Below are positions 14,687-28,585 of a stretch of 40,228 bases of DNA, piece after piece. Location of the stretch: NCBI GenBank assembly GCA_964016885.1, contig CAXHJY010000440.1, forward strand, positions 1 through 40,228, in the 5' to 3' direction. How positions within the stretch are numbered: position 1 is the stretch's first letter; the number at the start of each line of letters is the position of its first letter. Both the position numbers and the translations under genes were made by a program. The notes beneath the pieces were generated by a model. It was not told the origin of the DNA. It was given only the letters and a program-made list of their open reading frames with translations, and did not search any database. This stretch comes from Eledone cirrhosa (lineage: Eukaryota).

Positions 14687-15139
14687 TTGAAGTGGACATT
14701 GTGTTAGTTTTCAATGTTAGACATTAGTTAGAGTAAGAGTCTAAGAGGGGAGAGAGAAATAAGAGGAGAATGGAAAGGTGAGTGAGAGGGGTCACTATTA
14801 AAGTGCCACAAATGTTAACATAGTGGAGGTGAAGATAGATTAACTGTGACAAGTTGAAGTGTTTGGATGGCGGGGAGAGGGCAGTGTGTATTGGTTGCCG
14901 TGATAATAGTAGTTATAGTAATAGTAGTGACGGAAGAATAAATTTAGTTTTAAAGCCTCATTTATATATATATATATATAATATATATATATTAAAGTAA
15001 CTGAAAGCGATAACTCCTATACCTGTATATATATGTATATATATATCTATCTATATATATATATATATATATATTACATAAATGTTATTAACTACCCTGC
15101 TCTCTCTCTATATATATATTTTTAAATATTATATGTATA

Positions 15140-15372
15140 ATATTGAATCCCACACTGTAAAGTGGCCATGTAGGTTTCACGATAAAAAGCACGCAGTACT
15201 CACTGTAAGTGAGGTTGGCGTTAGGAAGGGTACCCAGCTGTAGAAATCAAGCCAGAATCAGTCTTTTATGAGCAAGACATGGTCACCTGACCTAGCACTG
15301 CCCACAACTGGACAACTCTTCTAACCCATATTAGCATGGAAAATGGACGTATAACGGTGATGATGATGATGA
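15140..15372 (+). mobile_element. SINE 3' portion with (GAT)n tail
   Basis: ggttggcgttaggaaggg..ccagctgtagaaa...gcatggaaaatggacgt..tgatgatgat, which I recall as an abundant octopus SINE body and tail. Confidence 0.65.
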
Positions 15373-15393
15373 TATATATATATATACACATAT

Positions 15394-15526
15394 ATAGAAG
15401 TAGTAACATAACAGTTAGTTCACCATACCGAGTTCTCGGTATGGTGAACTAACTGTTGTGTTACTACTTCTACCAAACTCGTCCCATGGACTGATTACTC
15501 TACCACTACGGATATTACCTTCTAGT
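15394..15526 (+). mobile_element. Fold-back insert related to family B
   Basis: Hairpin 15394-15472 (~38-bp arms, 2-nt loop). The following ccaaactcgtcccatggactga resembles ccgaactcgtcctctggactga at ~7996-8017. Confidence 0.55.
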
Positions 15527-15635
<109 letters not shown>

Positions 15636-16027
15636 GTATATATAACAGTTATTGAAGAAGTGGCTAATGACAGTCCTGAATGTGAGAAAAAGGCTCACCT
15701 TTTGTATTATGGTTACAATTTCTATTTTTCTAAGCTAGTGGATTAGAGTAACGTAAGTTGAAGTATTTTGCTCAATGAATCAACCTGCCACCGAGAACCG
15801 AACTCCCGACTTTACGAAAGTGTGCCGACCACACTAACCATTGAAAAACTAATACACAATAATTTAAAAAATACTGACTAAAATTCAGATATGGTACGCG
15901 TCCAAACTTTCAAGAGTGTCTTGTTTACAAAAGCAAGAAAACAACTTTTCCATCACTAAATAATCATGCTCTAATCCATTTGTTTCATAGAGCTAATCCC
16001 TAGAGACGACTGAAATTAAACAACAAC

Positions 16028-16072
<45 letters not shown>

Positions 16073-16639
16073 GATAATGAAACTAAACTACGACTATTTT
16101 CTTGTATGAAATTTGGAAAGGAAGTTGCCCAGATCTAAACGTAATGTTGGATCCCAACAGAATAGCTAGATTACGATATATTCTCAAAAGGAAAAAAAAC
16201 AAAATGGAAAATAATATCAGGAATTGAAATAGAATTATTAAACGAAAGAATATATTATAAAAAGACAAATAAATATAAAAACAAAAAGAACAATACATAT
16301 AATAGATCTAGCAGCTGCAGAAGAAATAAAGTAAAATAAGAAAATATACCAAAACCTGGAACACCTACAGGATAAAACCAAAATAATATTGGAAATAAAG
16401 GGAAATTTAAGAAACGATTACATGTATGTAATCTATAGACGTAAATCCTGAAATATGACAATCTAAAGGTGGGAATAATCCAATAGAAGATATACGTATG
16501 GACCAATAAATGTAATTTCCTGGGATAAAATTCCATGATAAGTTAGTGGAATGGACCAGCACCTATTTCCATACGTCTTCCAGTTGGTCGACCAACGTAA
16601 ATGCCTGCGAATTCCACAGACGCGTAATTTCCAGGGAGG

Positions 16640-16862
16640 TTAAGTGTGACATGGATTGTGACATGGCTGGCCCTTTGAATTAAAAGGTACTCTCATCCGA
16701 CGAGCTTCCAAACATTTTCTGTCAAGCCACTTTCCCTCACAAGGCGTGTGTCGATACGAAGTTATTTTAAATGCTACTTGCCCTCGATGCCATGCAGTAG
16801 AATCGAACCTGGAATGTAATGGCTGTAACGCAAAACGTCTTAACCATTCGGCCATTATGCCT
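16640..16862 (-). mobile_element. tRNA-derived SINE
   Basis: Head ggcataaTGGCCGAATGGTTAAG...GGTTCGATTC; the body probably extends left toward ~16470. Confidence 0.65.
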
Positions 16863-17544
16863 ATTATGAGGTAGCAACAACAATATAAAACGCAAACTTT
16901 CATCAACATAGACTTGATAAAAATGACACTAATATAAATATGCTACTATAAACGAAACAGTATATATAACAGCTACTAAACCCACAAAGAGAAATTGCTA
17001 CTTAATCAGATTTACTCATAAATATATAGGTGAAAATAAGATAAAATATGTCCAAATTCTTTATGAAATTAATATCATAAACAACTCCTCCGAAATATCT
17101 GGAACCAGAGAACGTCTGAAAGAGATCCTCGCTAAATCACAAAGAATCCGTTGATATTTAGAAATCAAGGCAATACCTACAGAGGAGTATGGGTGGTAAA
17201 GGAATATCCACGGATGACATTACTCAAACATCAAAATTATCGTAACGGGGCATAAAAACATAAGGTATAGACCATAAGCTATTGTTTAATAGGGATGCAT
17301 AAGGTGATTGTAAATTTGTTTAATGAGATACTGAGGGATTCAAAGACAATAGCTGACTGAATCATTAGAGGGGGAAAACCATTCTAATCTCTAAAACTAA
17401 AGAAACAACAAACACAAAACTTCATTCTTACAATCTACAATATCACAGAATGGAAAAACTACTTGGAAAACAAACCACTCGTTTCCAGATAAGTAGAAAA
17501 GATTCTGTAAATTACTGATCAACAACCCCATAACTGAAGAATAC

Positions 17545-17745
17545 GTGTAGCCAAGTGTTTAGAGTGTTTGACTCGCGACCATAAGGTCGTGGGTTAGATT
17601 CCTGAACCGAACGTCGCGTTTTGCTTTTGAACAAAACGCTTCATCTCAATTTGTCTTTCGTGATAGGATTGGGAACCCTATCCTTAGAATGCTCCTTGTT
17701 GCAATCTCGCTGAAGGCCAGATAAACCTACATAGGCGTGAGCTGT
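17545..17745 (+). mobile_element. tRNA-derived SINE
   Basis: gtgTAGCCAAGTGTTTAGAG...GGGTTAGATTCC head; tail similar to the reverse complement of 4055-4150. Confidence 0.65.
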
Positions 17746-17857
17746 GAATTTCGTTTTGTTTCATTTTTTTTATTTTTAATTAAATGTAAACTAAAAATTA
17801 TTGTGTAGGAGAATTTGACAAGCAAAAGATTGTGTTCCTCATGCGTGGATCCTTGAA

Positions 17858-18040
17858 ATAATTGTTTCTACTTTTTGGCACAGGGCCAGCAATTACCCAG
17901 TACATTACTGGTACTTTATTTTATCGTCCCCGTAAGGATGAAAGGCAAAGTTAACCTCGGCGGGACTTGAACTCAGACCGTAAAGGGACATAACTCTGCT
18001 GGAAAGCATGGCGTCCGACTCTCTGCCGATACTGCCAACT
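17858..18040 (-). mobile_element. SINE family N
   Basis: Tail, core, B box (GAGTTCAAGTCC) and A box (TGGCAGTATCGGCAGAG) all present. Confidence 0.85.
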
Positions 18041-20049
18041 TGAAATAATAGCCATGGAATGAACAATAAAAGTAAACCGAACTTTATTAAATAAATAATA
18101 TTACAATCGGAATCCCGCTCACTATTTCTTTTCTGTTTGGCATTAACAATACAAACCGATACGTAAAATAGAACTGGATTCACATTCACATAGGACAAAT
18201 AATTATATGCTGTATACAAACGGCCATAAGCTGTGTGCTGCACATGATAAACAACTAGAAACACTGTTGTAGACAGTTCACGGATATACCGGCGAAATTG
18301 AGATTAGAGGAGACGATTCTTTTTAAATCCGGATTTTAAAAATGCATCCATGTAGAAAGAAATTAATTGAGGAAACATCAAGTTAGATAGGTAAAGAAAT
18401 TAAGATAAGAGAAATATGAAAATAGAAACAACTATTATTAATCAATTAACTAGATATTATAAAACACACAAATGAAACACACAAATACATTTAAGAAGGA
18501 ATATCATAGTCGTATTAATTTAATACTTAAACAATTAAACAATGCGAAATATTCTCGGTATTCTAGTAATCAGTTATAGTCATATTATGTTTGATTCAAA
18601 GCTAAAAAAAAAAATAATAGAAAAATGTGACAGAAAAGGAAAACAAGATAATTACAACAATTACAATATCCAAAATCCCATATAGAAAGTTATATTTACT
18701 AGAAAAACATGCAGGTAGAGTCATGCAACTGGAAAAATATTATAGAATATACACAGGAGTATTTGATGTTTTTAGTATGTGTGTGTTGGGTGGGGGGGCT
18801 ATATTTATTGAAACCCCTTCCTAACAAGACGGCAACTAACCAGCTATAAAGCAGACGCCAAACAACCACTTAATTAAGTGAGAGTTATAAAAAAAAGTAA
18901 ATGAAAAACAGACGCTACCCTTGAAATCAGAAAACGACCGACAGAAAATTTTAAAACTATTAGGAATATACACACAACGAGGAAAGAAATTATTGAATTA
19001 AAAAGTCTTCTTACAAGTGGGGCGGGAATGTACAACTATTGTTAAGAGGTTAGAATTTATAAAAAAGACGAGTTTCGTTGATTAGCAGCCCTAAGTAGAA
19101 AAAAGTCAAGAAATTTCAGCAGAACAATAGCCATGAAATTACTTTTAAAATAGATATAAAGAAGCAATTTGCCAGTGACGAGAAAGTGGGGCGGGACGTT
19201 TAACTGCCAAAAGAAGACGAACCATGTTAGAAACTCGCTTTTGAATTCGATCAATGAGTGTCATAACGCCAGCGGAGGCACCAGTCTAGATATGGCAACA
19301 ATATTACAAATCTACCCAGTAAAGAATAATAGAAAACTAATAGAAAAAGCTATAAAAAAAAACAAAGAATCGTTTCCCTGCTTTCAAGCATGCCAACAAA
19401 TATGAATGAAATGACATAGTTATAAAGAAAATGAAACAATAGTGAGAGAAATTGTGGAAAAGCTAAACATTAAGCTTAACATTAAATAACATAATGAATA
19501 AAATATATTAGGTTGTATGATATATCTTAGCTGCGACCCACGGGTAACATGGTGAGAGCATTGCTGTGGAGAAGTACTATGCTAATGTAATTCGGGAAAA
19601 GTCTCGATGTGGCCACAATATCTATAAAAAAAACTGACGTGGGTGGAAATTGACAATAGAAATTGGTAAAACTTGCTGAAAACAGAATATAAATGATGGT
19701 AAGTAAATACAGAGAAAGAGTGTTCCAACTGTTCAAACAGTGGAACAGCCTAATCATGAAATTAACGTGCAAGTGGCTCGGCATTCCACGGGTAGGTATA
19801 ACTTTAACGTAGTTCTCTGCGTGACACAGTATGTGGCAGGCAATGCTGGCCAATTGAATTAGAAGTCCAACTCATATTTTCTAGCTGGAGCAAGGTGAAA
19901 CAAAGTGTCATGATCAAGGGCACAATGCGCCATAATGAAGGCACATAGCGTAGTGGTTAGTTTGTTCGATTCTCGATCGGAAGGTTGCGTGCACGATTCC
20001 GGGTTCCTGATTTTTACCTAAGAACAAAACAATAATTAAATAATTAACT

Positions 20050-20550
20050 CAGAACACTATGAATCCGGGGTGGGTAAGTAGGCTTAAAATGACTTACGGC
20101 ATGGTGTGCAACTAAAGTGTTTCAGAACACGACTAATTTATTACAAATCATTTCATAGCTTTTCACTCAAAATAATTATAATGTTCACATATTATGTGAT
20201 ACATTCGCCGGTGCTAACGTCATCACTTCCGCTACAAACCCGAGTGCCGCTGCCCCTAATGCAGAGGAATGGAAAGTCACTAGATTCCGGCCTTTGTCTA
20301 ACTGTTTTCTTTTTATGCCGATTGCCATCAAGACCTCAGTCCCCGGACTGTTTTTTCTAATGTTTCCCCAAAATAGGAAAGGTAGCATCTCGCATGAGGA
20401 AGGAGCCCTGTCGTGTGGAATGGTGGGTGCAGCTGATATCACTAACTGTTTTCCGCGGCAATCCTTTCACCATCTTGTCCGCGGGGCAAATCTGAGCTGA
20501 AGAAATACCCCACTTTCTCATTTTAACTCGCTACCTGTTAGTAAATATAT
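20050..20550 (-). mobile_element. Possible Tc1/mariner transposase remnant
   Basis: Weak motifs only: HDRAPS (cf. QDGAPxH) and PESSDFPFLCIRG (cf. SPDLNPxDFxLWG); no clear terminal repeats. Confidence 0.3.
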
Positions 20551-20828
20551 ACAACTCAATATGAAATGATGACACTGTTTTAACTTAAGCGCAACAAAAG
20601 TTAGAGAGGAGGATGATAGCCTATAGTCAATTAAATCGGCCTCGTTACTTGTCTGGTATTTACTTTAACGACACCTCGGAAGTATAAAAAGCCAAGTTGA
20701 CCTTGCTGAAGTTTAAAATGTCAACGTAAATAACTGTAACAAACATATTCTGTCAATCCTCCGCAATTATTACCCCTGCTTCTAAATCTACTCTTAACAC
20801 CACCACCGCCACTAATAATAATAATAAT

Positions 20829-22703
20829 TTCCCCAGTAATATCAAACTTCCTGAAATACAAGTCTGTATGGAATACAAACCTATCATTGCCAGACAGTGA
20901 TAGAATTATAAATTCCAACAGCATAAGTATTAACTATGGCAATTTTCAGGGTGATTCATTTTCTCCTCTGATATTTTGCATTGCACTCACACCGCTGTCT
21001 TTAGCATTCAACAAAATAAAATATGGGTACAAAATAGACAGCAAAACAATAAATTACCTGTTTTATTGGGATGACTTGAAGCTGTATGCCAAAAATGACA
21101 ACGAACTGGAAGGACTGCTGAAGGCAGTCAAGGAGTTCAGCGATGATGTGGGAATGGAGTTTGAACTGGAAAAATGCGCCAAAGCAACATTCAAGAAAAG
21201 CAAAATGACAAGGACAAACTCAATGGAAATAGATGTGAATACAGTAATTAGGGAACTAGAACAAGAACAAGCTTACAGATATCTAGAGATCAACGAAAGC
21301 CAAGATATACACCATGCCAGCATAAAAGAGAGAATCAGGAAGGAATGCTACTGGAGAGTATGTGCTGTCATCAATACGGAGCTTAACTCGAGAAATAAAT
21401 TATCTACAATAAATGCACTTGCAATCTTTGTTGTCATCTACAGTTTCAATCGTATAAATTGAAACGTTAACGAAATTAAGAGAATGGAGGAAACGTTTGA
21501 CCTGTAATAGAATACATCGCCCAAAAGCAGATGTGAAGCACTTCTATCTCCGTAGACGGTAGAGGAATGAATGATCCAGTTAGAGCTTTCAAACAGGATA
21601 TTAACCATTGGATTCAATCAGTACAATAAAACCACAGATAACGGGATGAAGAAAATGGTCGCAGCTCACGAAGTGAGGAAGAAGTTGCATTCAGTCACAA
21701 AGGAAAGTAGGAAGTTTGCGGAAGAACTGGGAATACAGTTTTAAAATAATGATGTCAATTCTGCAATTAAAGTCGCAAAGAATATGAATGTTGGCAAAAT
21801 ATGAAGGCCAACAGAGACTGTGCACTAAATGGAAACAAAATCCACTGCATGGACAGTGTGTTCTCTGTAGCAAAGAACCTGATGAAGATCAAACTATCAC
21901 CTATCAGTGGCTGCGAATTTCTAAGCTAAAGGACAGAGTGTCAGGGCTTCATTTTGGCTGCATAAAACCACTGTATTTCAACGCGCAGCTTTCAATCCAA
22001 TGTGATTAGATATGGAACTGACCAAAAGTGTCGATTCTGTGATGAGCATGTTGAGACCGTTCACCACCTGGTTTTAGCTGCCCAGTAATATAAAACGGAC
22101 ATGATAGAGTGGGGCAATACATACACTGAGTAACGTGCAGGTTTTATGGTCTGAAAACAGGGGGGGAATGGTAAAACCATCACCCAGATGCAGTAACAGG
22201 AGGCAAGGGTGTGACAATCCTCTGGGCTTTCCCTGTGAATACTGACAGAACAATCAAAGCCAACAGATCTGATATAACTGTGAAGGACCATAAAGAGAAA
22301 ACATGTTTCTTAATTGACATGAGCATTCCATCATATCGTAACATCTCAAAAACGTTCAGAAAGATCAGTAAGTATACAGATCTATCAACTGAAATTGAGA
22401 AGATGTGGCATCTTAAGGCCTATGCAATACCAGTGATACTCGGCACACTTGGAATGATGAAAAAGGGTACTGGAAAACCATCGCTGCAAAAGAAACAGAA
22501 AAAAGTGCTGACTGGCGTTGCCCCTGTCTTGAGAAGGGCTTTATCAATTTTAAAAATGTGCAAGGACATTTACTGTTGTTTCTGCCGTTGTGGAATCATT
22601 TGTGTGACAATTGATTTTAAAATGTGTGTATTATCAAATTTTGCCTCGGGTGCCAGGTTGACACTCAGCATGAGTTGGTAAAATAAGGAGGAAGTTTCAA
22701 ATC
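20829..22703 (+). mobile_element. R4/Dong-like LINE, 5'-truncated (RT + CCHC + RLE), pseudogenised
   Basis: FQGDSFSPLIFCIAL, YLFYWDDLKLYA, GMEFELEKCA, WKQNPLHGQ, CRFCDEHVETVHHLV, ANRSDITVKD...LIDMSIP; flanked on both sides by (AAT)n. Confidence 0.92.
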
Positions 22704-22745
22704 ATAATAATAATTACTAATTTTGGCATAAGGCCAGCAAAGTAA

Positions 22746-23257
22746 ACAATTTACCACATTCTGAGAAGTGGTATGAGCATAAGCCAGAGTCGGTGATGGA
22801 AAACGATCAGGTGAAGGTGCTGTGGGATTTTAGGATACAGACGGACAAGAAACTGGGACACAATAGGCCTGACCTGGTGGTTTTGGACAAGGGAAAAAGA
22901 TCGTGCCTGATTGTAGATGTAGCCTGCCCATTCGACCCGAGAGTGCAAGAGAAGGAGAGGGAGAAAATTAAGAGATACCAGGACTTAAAGTGGGAGGTAA
23001 AAAGGATTTGGAACTGCCATGAGGTCAAAGTGGTCCCGATTGTCATAGGCGCACTAGGTACTATCTCAAAGAGTTTCCAAGGATGGTTAAAGAAAATTGG
23101 TCCCACCCCGCTTTTTGGAACACTTCAAAAGACATGCTTGCTGGGAACAGCAAGAACCCTCCGGTACGTCCTGAATATCTAAGGCTGCAGGTAGTGACTT
23201 GATATTCATTTCAACAAACTTTCCAGTTAAATAACATCAATGACTGAGACTCAAAGA
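22746..23257 (+). mobile_element. R4/Dong-like LINE 3' fragment with open RLE domain (ORF 22793-23182)
   Basis: VLWDFRIQTD...HNRPDLVVLD...LIVDVACP...EREKIKRY (PD-(D/E)xK type), 3' UTR, then (AAT)n. Confidence 0.92.
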
Positions 23258-23277
23258 ACAATAATAATAATAATAAT

Positions 23278-23371
23278 AATTGTTTCTACTTTAGGCACAA
23301 GGCCAGCAATTACCCAGTGCATTACTCTTACTTTATTTTATCGACGAAGCATGAAAGGCAAAGTTAACCTC
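23278..23371 (-). mobile_element. SINE family N, 5'-truncated
   Basis: Tail and core only, between two (AAT)n tracts. Confidence 0.8.
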
Positions 23372-23406
23372 GTAATAATAATGATAATAATAATAATGAT
23401 AATAAT

Positions 23407-24061
23407 AATGGTTTCTTTATTAACCAAAAGGGTTGACACAAAGTATAACATTAAGGGTGTTGGGGAGGGGGAGACTTCCGAGCGTCACTCGTGGAGAAAG
23501 CCCACAAAAAAGCCACGGATACCCTGACCGCTAGGGCAAGCGCCCACTTCCAGTTTTCCTCCTACGATACTACAGGCACACGCTCAGGATAAGCCCATTC
23601 ACATGGGCCATTCTTGCCTCTCTAACCCACGTTTCAACAAACTGGCTGGAAGGTAGCACTTTCATCTCCACCCTGATTTTCCTTTTCAGAAGAAACCTCA
23701 AAAGGTTAATGAGGGTGTCACCGAAGAGGAAAGTACCCGTCTTCAACCCTTTCAGACGTGTCCACCAAACGATCTCTTTTACCATGGCCATGAGGCAGAT
23801 AAAAACTGCCTGCCCTTCCCGGCTAAAGGAAGGCGGCGGGGCAATCCTCGCGATGGACTTACCTGATAGCTGGATCCGTGCTACACGCGACAGTAGGTGT
23901 TCGACATAAACCCACAATTCAGCGATGCTCGGACACTGCACGAGTGCGTGCAGGACGGTTTCGTCGCTCCGCGCGCATCTCGGACAGGCCCTACTGAGGG
24001 CACTTCCATGCCTGTAGATTTTATCCCGAACTGGCAAACTCCTCGGTAGCACTGCCAGGCC
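23407..24061 (-). mobile_element. L1/Tx1-like LINE 3' fragment (C-terminal zinc-binding domain)
   Basis: LPVRDK....RACPRCARSDETVLHALVQCP....LW (CxxC-x-ETxxH-C); 3' AATAAAGAAACC + (ATT)n. Confidence 0.88.
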
Positions 24062-24099
<38 letters not shown>

Positions 24100-24104
<5 letters not shown>

Positions 24105-25076
24105 TTTCTTTATTAACCACAAGGGTTTACACAAAGTGAGACATTAAGGACAGTACAAGACAATACAGGACGGTACAAATGGGCATTTCTGCGTGTAAAA
24201 AAAATCAAAAGCAGAGGATGTAACAAAAAAAGAACAATGAAAAATTCCCCAATAGGGGGGAGATTTCCGAGGGCCATCGTGGATAAATCCCATTAAAAAA
24301 GCCACGGTGACCCTGGCCACTAGGGAAAGTGCCCTCTCCCTGTTTTCCACCTTTAATTTACAGACACATACTCAGAGTATGTCCTTTCACTCGGGCCATT
24401 CTTGCCTCTCTCACCCATCTTTCAACAAACTGCTGGGAAGAGAGCACTTCCCTCTCTACCCTGATTTTCCTTTTCAAATGAAATTTGAAAATGTTAATCA
24501 GGGCATCACCGAAGAGGTAAGTGCTCGTCTTCAGCCCTTTCAGACGCGTCCACCATACTTTCTCTTTCGTCATGGCCACCAGACAGATAAAAACTGCCTG
24601 TCCTTCCCGGCTAAAGGAAGCGGGCGGGGCAATCCTCACGATGGACTCAGCTGATAGCCGGATCCGTTCTACACGCGAGAGCAGGTGTTCGACATAAACC
24701 CACAAGTCAGCAGTGCTCGGACACTGGAGTGCATGCAGGACGGTTTCGTCGCCCTGCGCGCATCTCGGACATGCTCGATTGACGGCACTTCTATACCGGT
24801 ATTGTTTATCCCGAACTGACAAAGCTCCCCGGTAGCACTGCCAGGCCAGGGATTTCTGGAAGAAATCCATAGGCCCCTGCCCGAAAGTTCTTCCGCCCTG
24901 CCCGAAAGTTCTTCCGCCCTGCCCGAAAGTTCTTCCGAAGAGATTGGCTAGTTGATTTTCGTCGACGCCTAGGTTTCCCCAAGTACGTATTCGCTCTTCC
25001 CCTCTACTAATCCTCTATAGAACGCCAATGTGGAGTTTCCACCGATCACATTGCCCGACTGGTCGACCAGTCGGGC

Positions 25077-25079
<3 letters not shown>
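24100..25079 (-). mobile_element. L1/Tx1-like LINE 3' fragment
   Basis: SLAWQCYRGAL.VRDK...RACPRCAQGDETVLHAL.CP; paralogous to 23407-24061. Contains a 21-bp triplication at 24875-24937 and a 30-bp palindrome at 25050-25079. Confidence 0.88.
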
Positions 25080-25106
<27 letters not shown>

Positions 25107-25109
<3 letters not shown>

Positions 25110-25230
25110 TGTTTCTACTTTTGGCACAAGGCCAGCAATTACTCAGTGCATTACTGGTACTTTATTTTATCGACCCCCATAAGGATGAAAGGCAAAGTTA
25201 ATCTTGATGGGATTAACTTTGCCTTCCATC
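25107..25230 (-). mobile_element. SINE family N, 5'-truncated with snap-back inversion
   Basis: Tail and core; hairpin gatgaaaggcaaagttaatc / gattaactttgccttccatc at 25184-25230. Confidence 0.8.
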
Positions 25231-26592
25231 GGGGTGAAATAGTTGAATGCATTTTCAAGTAGGTATGTAATTAAATAAAGAGTTATTTGAAAGAGAATGA
25301 AATTAATATAGACAAATTATGAATTAAAACCACTGAGTGAAATATGTATGTATGTGTGTGCATGTATGCGTATACATATTTATGTAAATATATGTATGTG
25401 TGAGTTTGAAAGAATGAAATTGATATAGACAAATTATGAATTGAACCACCATATTAGATACTTATATATGCAGGCACGCATGCGTGTGTGTGTCTAAGAA
25501 ACGTTTATCTATGAAAAATGACTTAGTTTCAGATTTACTGTAAGTGCTACAGCGGTGTTGGGTTGGGAGACGAGAGAAGATTGAATAAATCGGTCTGAGT
25601 TGATATAAGTATTGCTGCTATTTATCACTTAAAGTAGCTGTTGTCGTAACAGCAGAAGTAGTTGCTGTTTATGTTCTTGTTTTTGTAGAATTTGTTATTG
25701 TATTAATGTAAATCAAAGTATGTGGCCTAGTTAGGATGTTGGGTTTACGATCATACTATCATGGGTTCGATTCATGATTTTGAGGCGTATTGTGTTTTTG
25801 AAGATAATGCAATATTTCACCTTGTTCCTTCTGTCATGAGTTGCGACCGAGAAATAGTATCAGCAATTGGAAGACTGTTTTTTTCTATGGGGATGATGTT
25901 TCTAACGGTTACATTCCATTTTACATTACTGGATCTATACATTGTATTTTTTTTTTTGGGGGGGGGGGGGGGGGTTATATACTGTAGTTGTTATTGTAAT
26001 AGTAGTAGTTGTTAGTGTATTGGTAGAAATTGTTACAGTATGTTTTACAATTTATGATGTTGCCAGGGACAAGTTGTGTACGTGAGAAAGAACACTGAAT
26101 TACACCCGTAACTGAAAAGATCGGCATGGTCAAACACAGTAGTATATTGATCACCCTGACAATCGCGTTATAAGCAGAGAGAAAAATAGTGTGCTCAGCC
26201 AATTCCCGATCAATTTCACGAGAAGATTACTCAATATTCGACAAATAAATCATCGTCGGGACCAACGGAAGTCCGATACAATTTTTCTATTAATAGAAGT
26301 AGTAGTAGTTCTGTTTCATTAGATAAACTGTGATACACACACATATATATGTATGTATATACGTATATATAAATATATATAAATACATATATACATACAT
26401 ATATATATGTATGTATATACAAATATATAAACATACATAAATACATATATATATACATATATATATATGTATGTATATACATATATATAAGCATATATAA
26501 ATACATATATACATATATATATGTATTTATATACATATATATATAAACATACATAAATACATATATATATACATATATATATATATGTATAT

Positions 26593-27000
26593 GGTGGATG
26601 CCAACTCGTTTTCGAGTACGGCCACTACTTTATATCCATGTAGGAGAACCCCTAGCGATGCGCTGAACGAGTGTGACTTTTTAGTCCAGCCAGTGACTTG
26701 AAAGCTCTGGTACAAACACTACACTTGTGACAATTATTGACACATAGTGCTGGGCCCATGGTACCCTGTGACGACAAGTGCAGAGAGATCTCCAGATGTA
26801 AACAATGCTTGTGCTGTGAAGCTTTTATAGTGAGCAAAGGCACTGCACAAAGCCAGTCCCACTCTCTTAACCAAGATGATATTTACCAAAAAGAAGAACA
26901 AGTCAACATCATTGTATACATCAGGGTTGCAGGTGTTATATTAGAGTTTTCCTTCTCCTAGAATTCTGCCTTGACAAAGGCTAAGGGGTCATCTCTCCCT
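26593..27000 (-). mobile_element. Internally deleted RTE-clade element (5' UTR joined to C-terminal C2H2 finger and tail)
   Basis: CSVCTRAFKSLAGLKSHTRSAH* matches the terminal finger of RTE ORFs; the 5' motif CTAGGAGAAGGAAAACTC is one I recall from RTE 5' UTRs. Confidence 0.7.
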
Positions 27001-27018
27001 TAATATATATAAACATAC

Positions 27019-27081
<63 letters not shown>

Positions 27082-27238
27082 CTTATCTATATACATATAT
27101 ACACATCCGTACATAAGTGCAAGAATGACGGTGTCATTCTACTGACATTACTTACGAGGCTGTTTGCATAATTGCGAACGGATCGAATATTATTATTTAT
27201 ATTCGAAAGAATATAGAGCGATAAAACTGTTTGCCTTA

Positions 27239-28585
<1,347 letters not shown>

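Larger units (their letters stand above)
16082..18760 (+). mobile_element. Ancient, fragmented R4/Dong-like LINE interrupted by SINEs
   Basis: Starts right after (AAT)n 16027-16080. Recognisable pieces: LFNEIL..IAD*IIRGKTILISKTKET (~17315-17410), FCLAL..INYMLYTNGHKLCAAHDKQLETLL (~18130-18270, decayed YMDD region), PKSHIE.LYL..GR (~18668-18720). Confidence 0.65.

Noticed and set aside
19169-19405. ORF weakly resembling a GIY-YIG C-terminus (ATIL...RKLIEKAI)
   Set aside because: No YIG motif or histidines in register; insufficient support.
25286-25449. ~46-bp direct repeat pair separated by TG/TA repeats
   Set aside because: Looks like an ordinary local duplication.
26652-26843. C2H2 zinc-finger ORF as a host gene exon
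   Set aside because: A single terminal finger followed by a stop and a retroelement tail fits an RTE ORF C-terminus.
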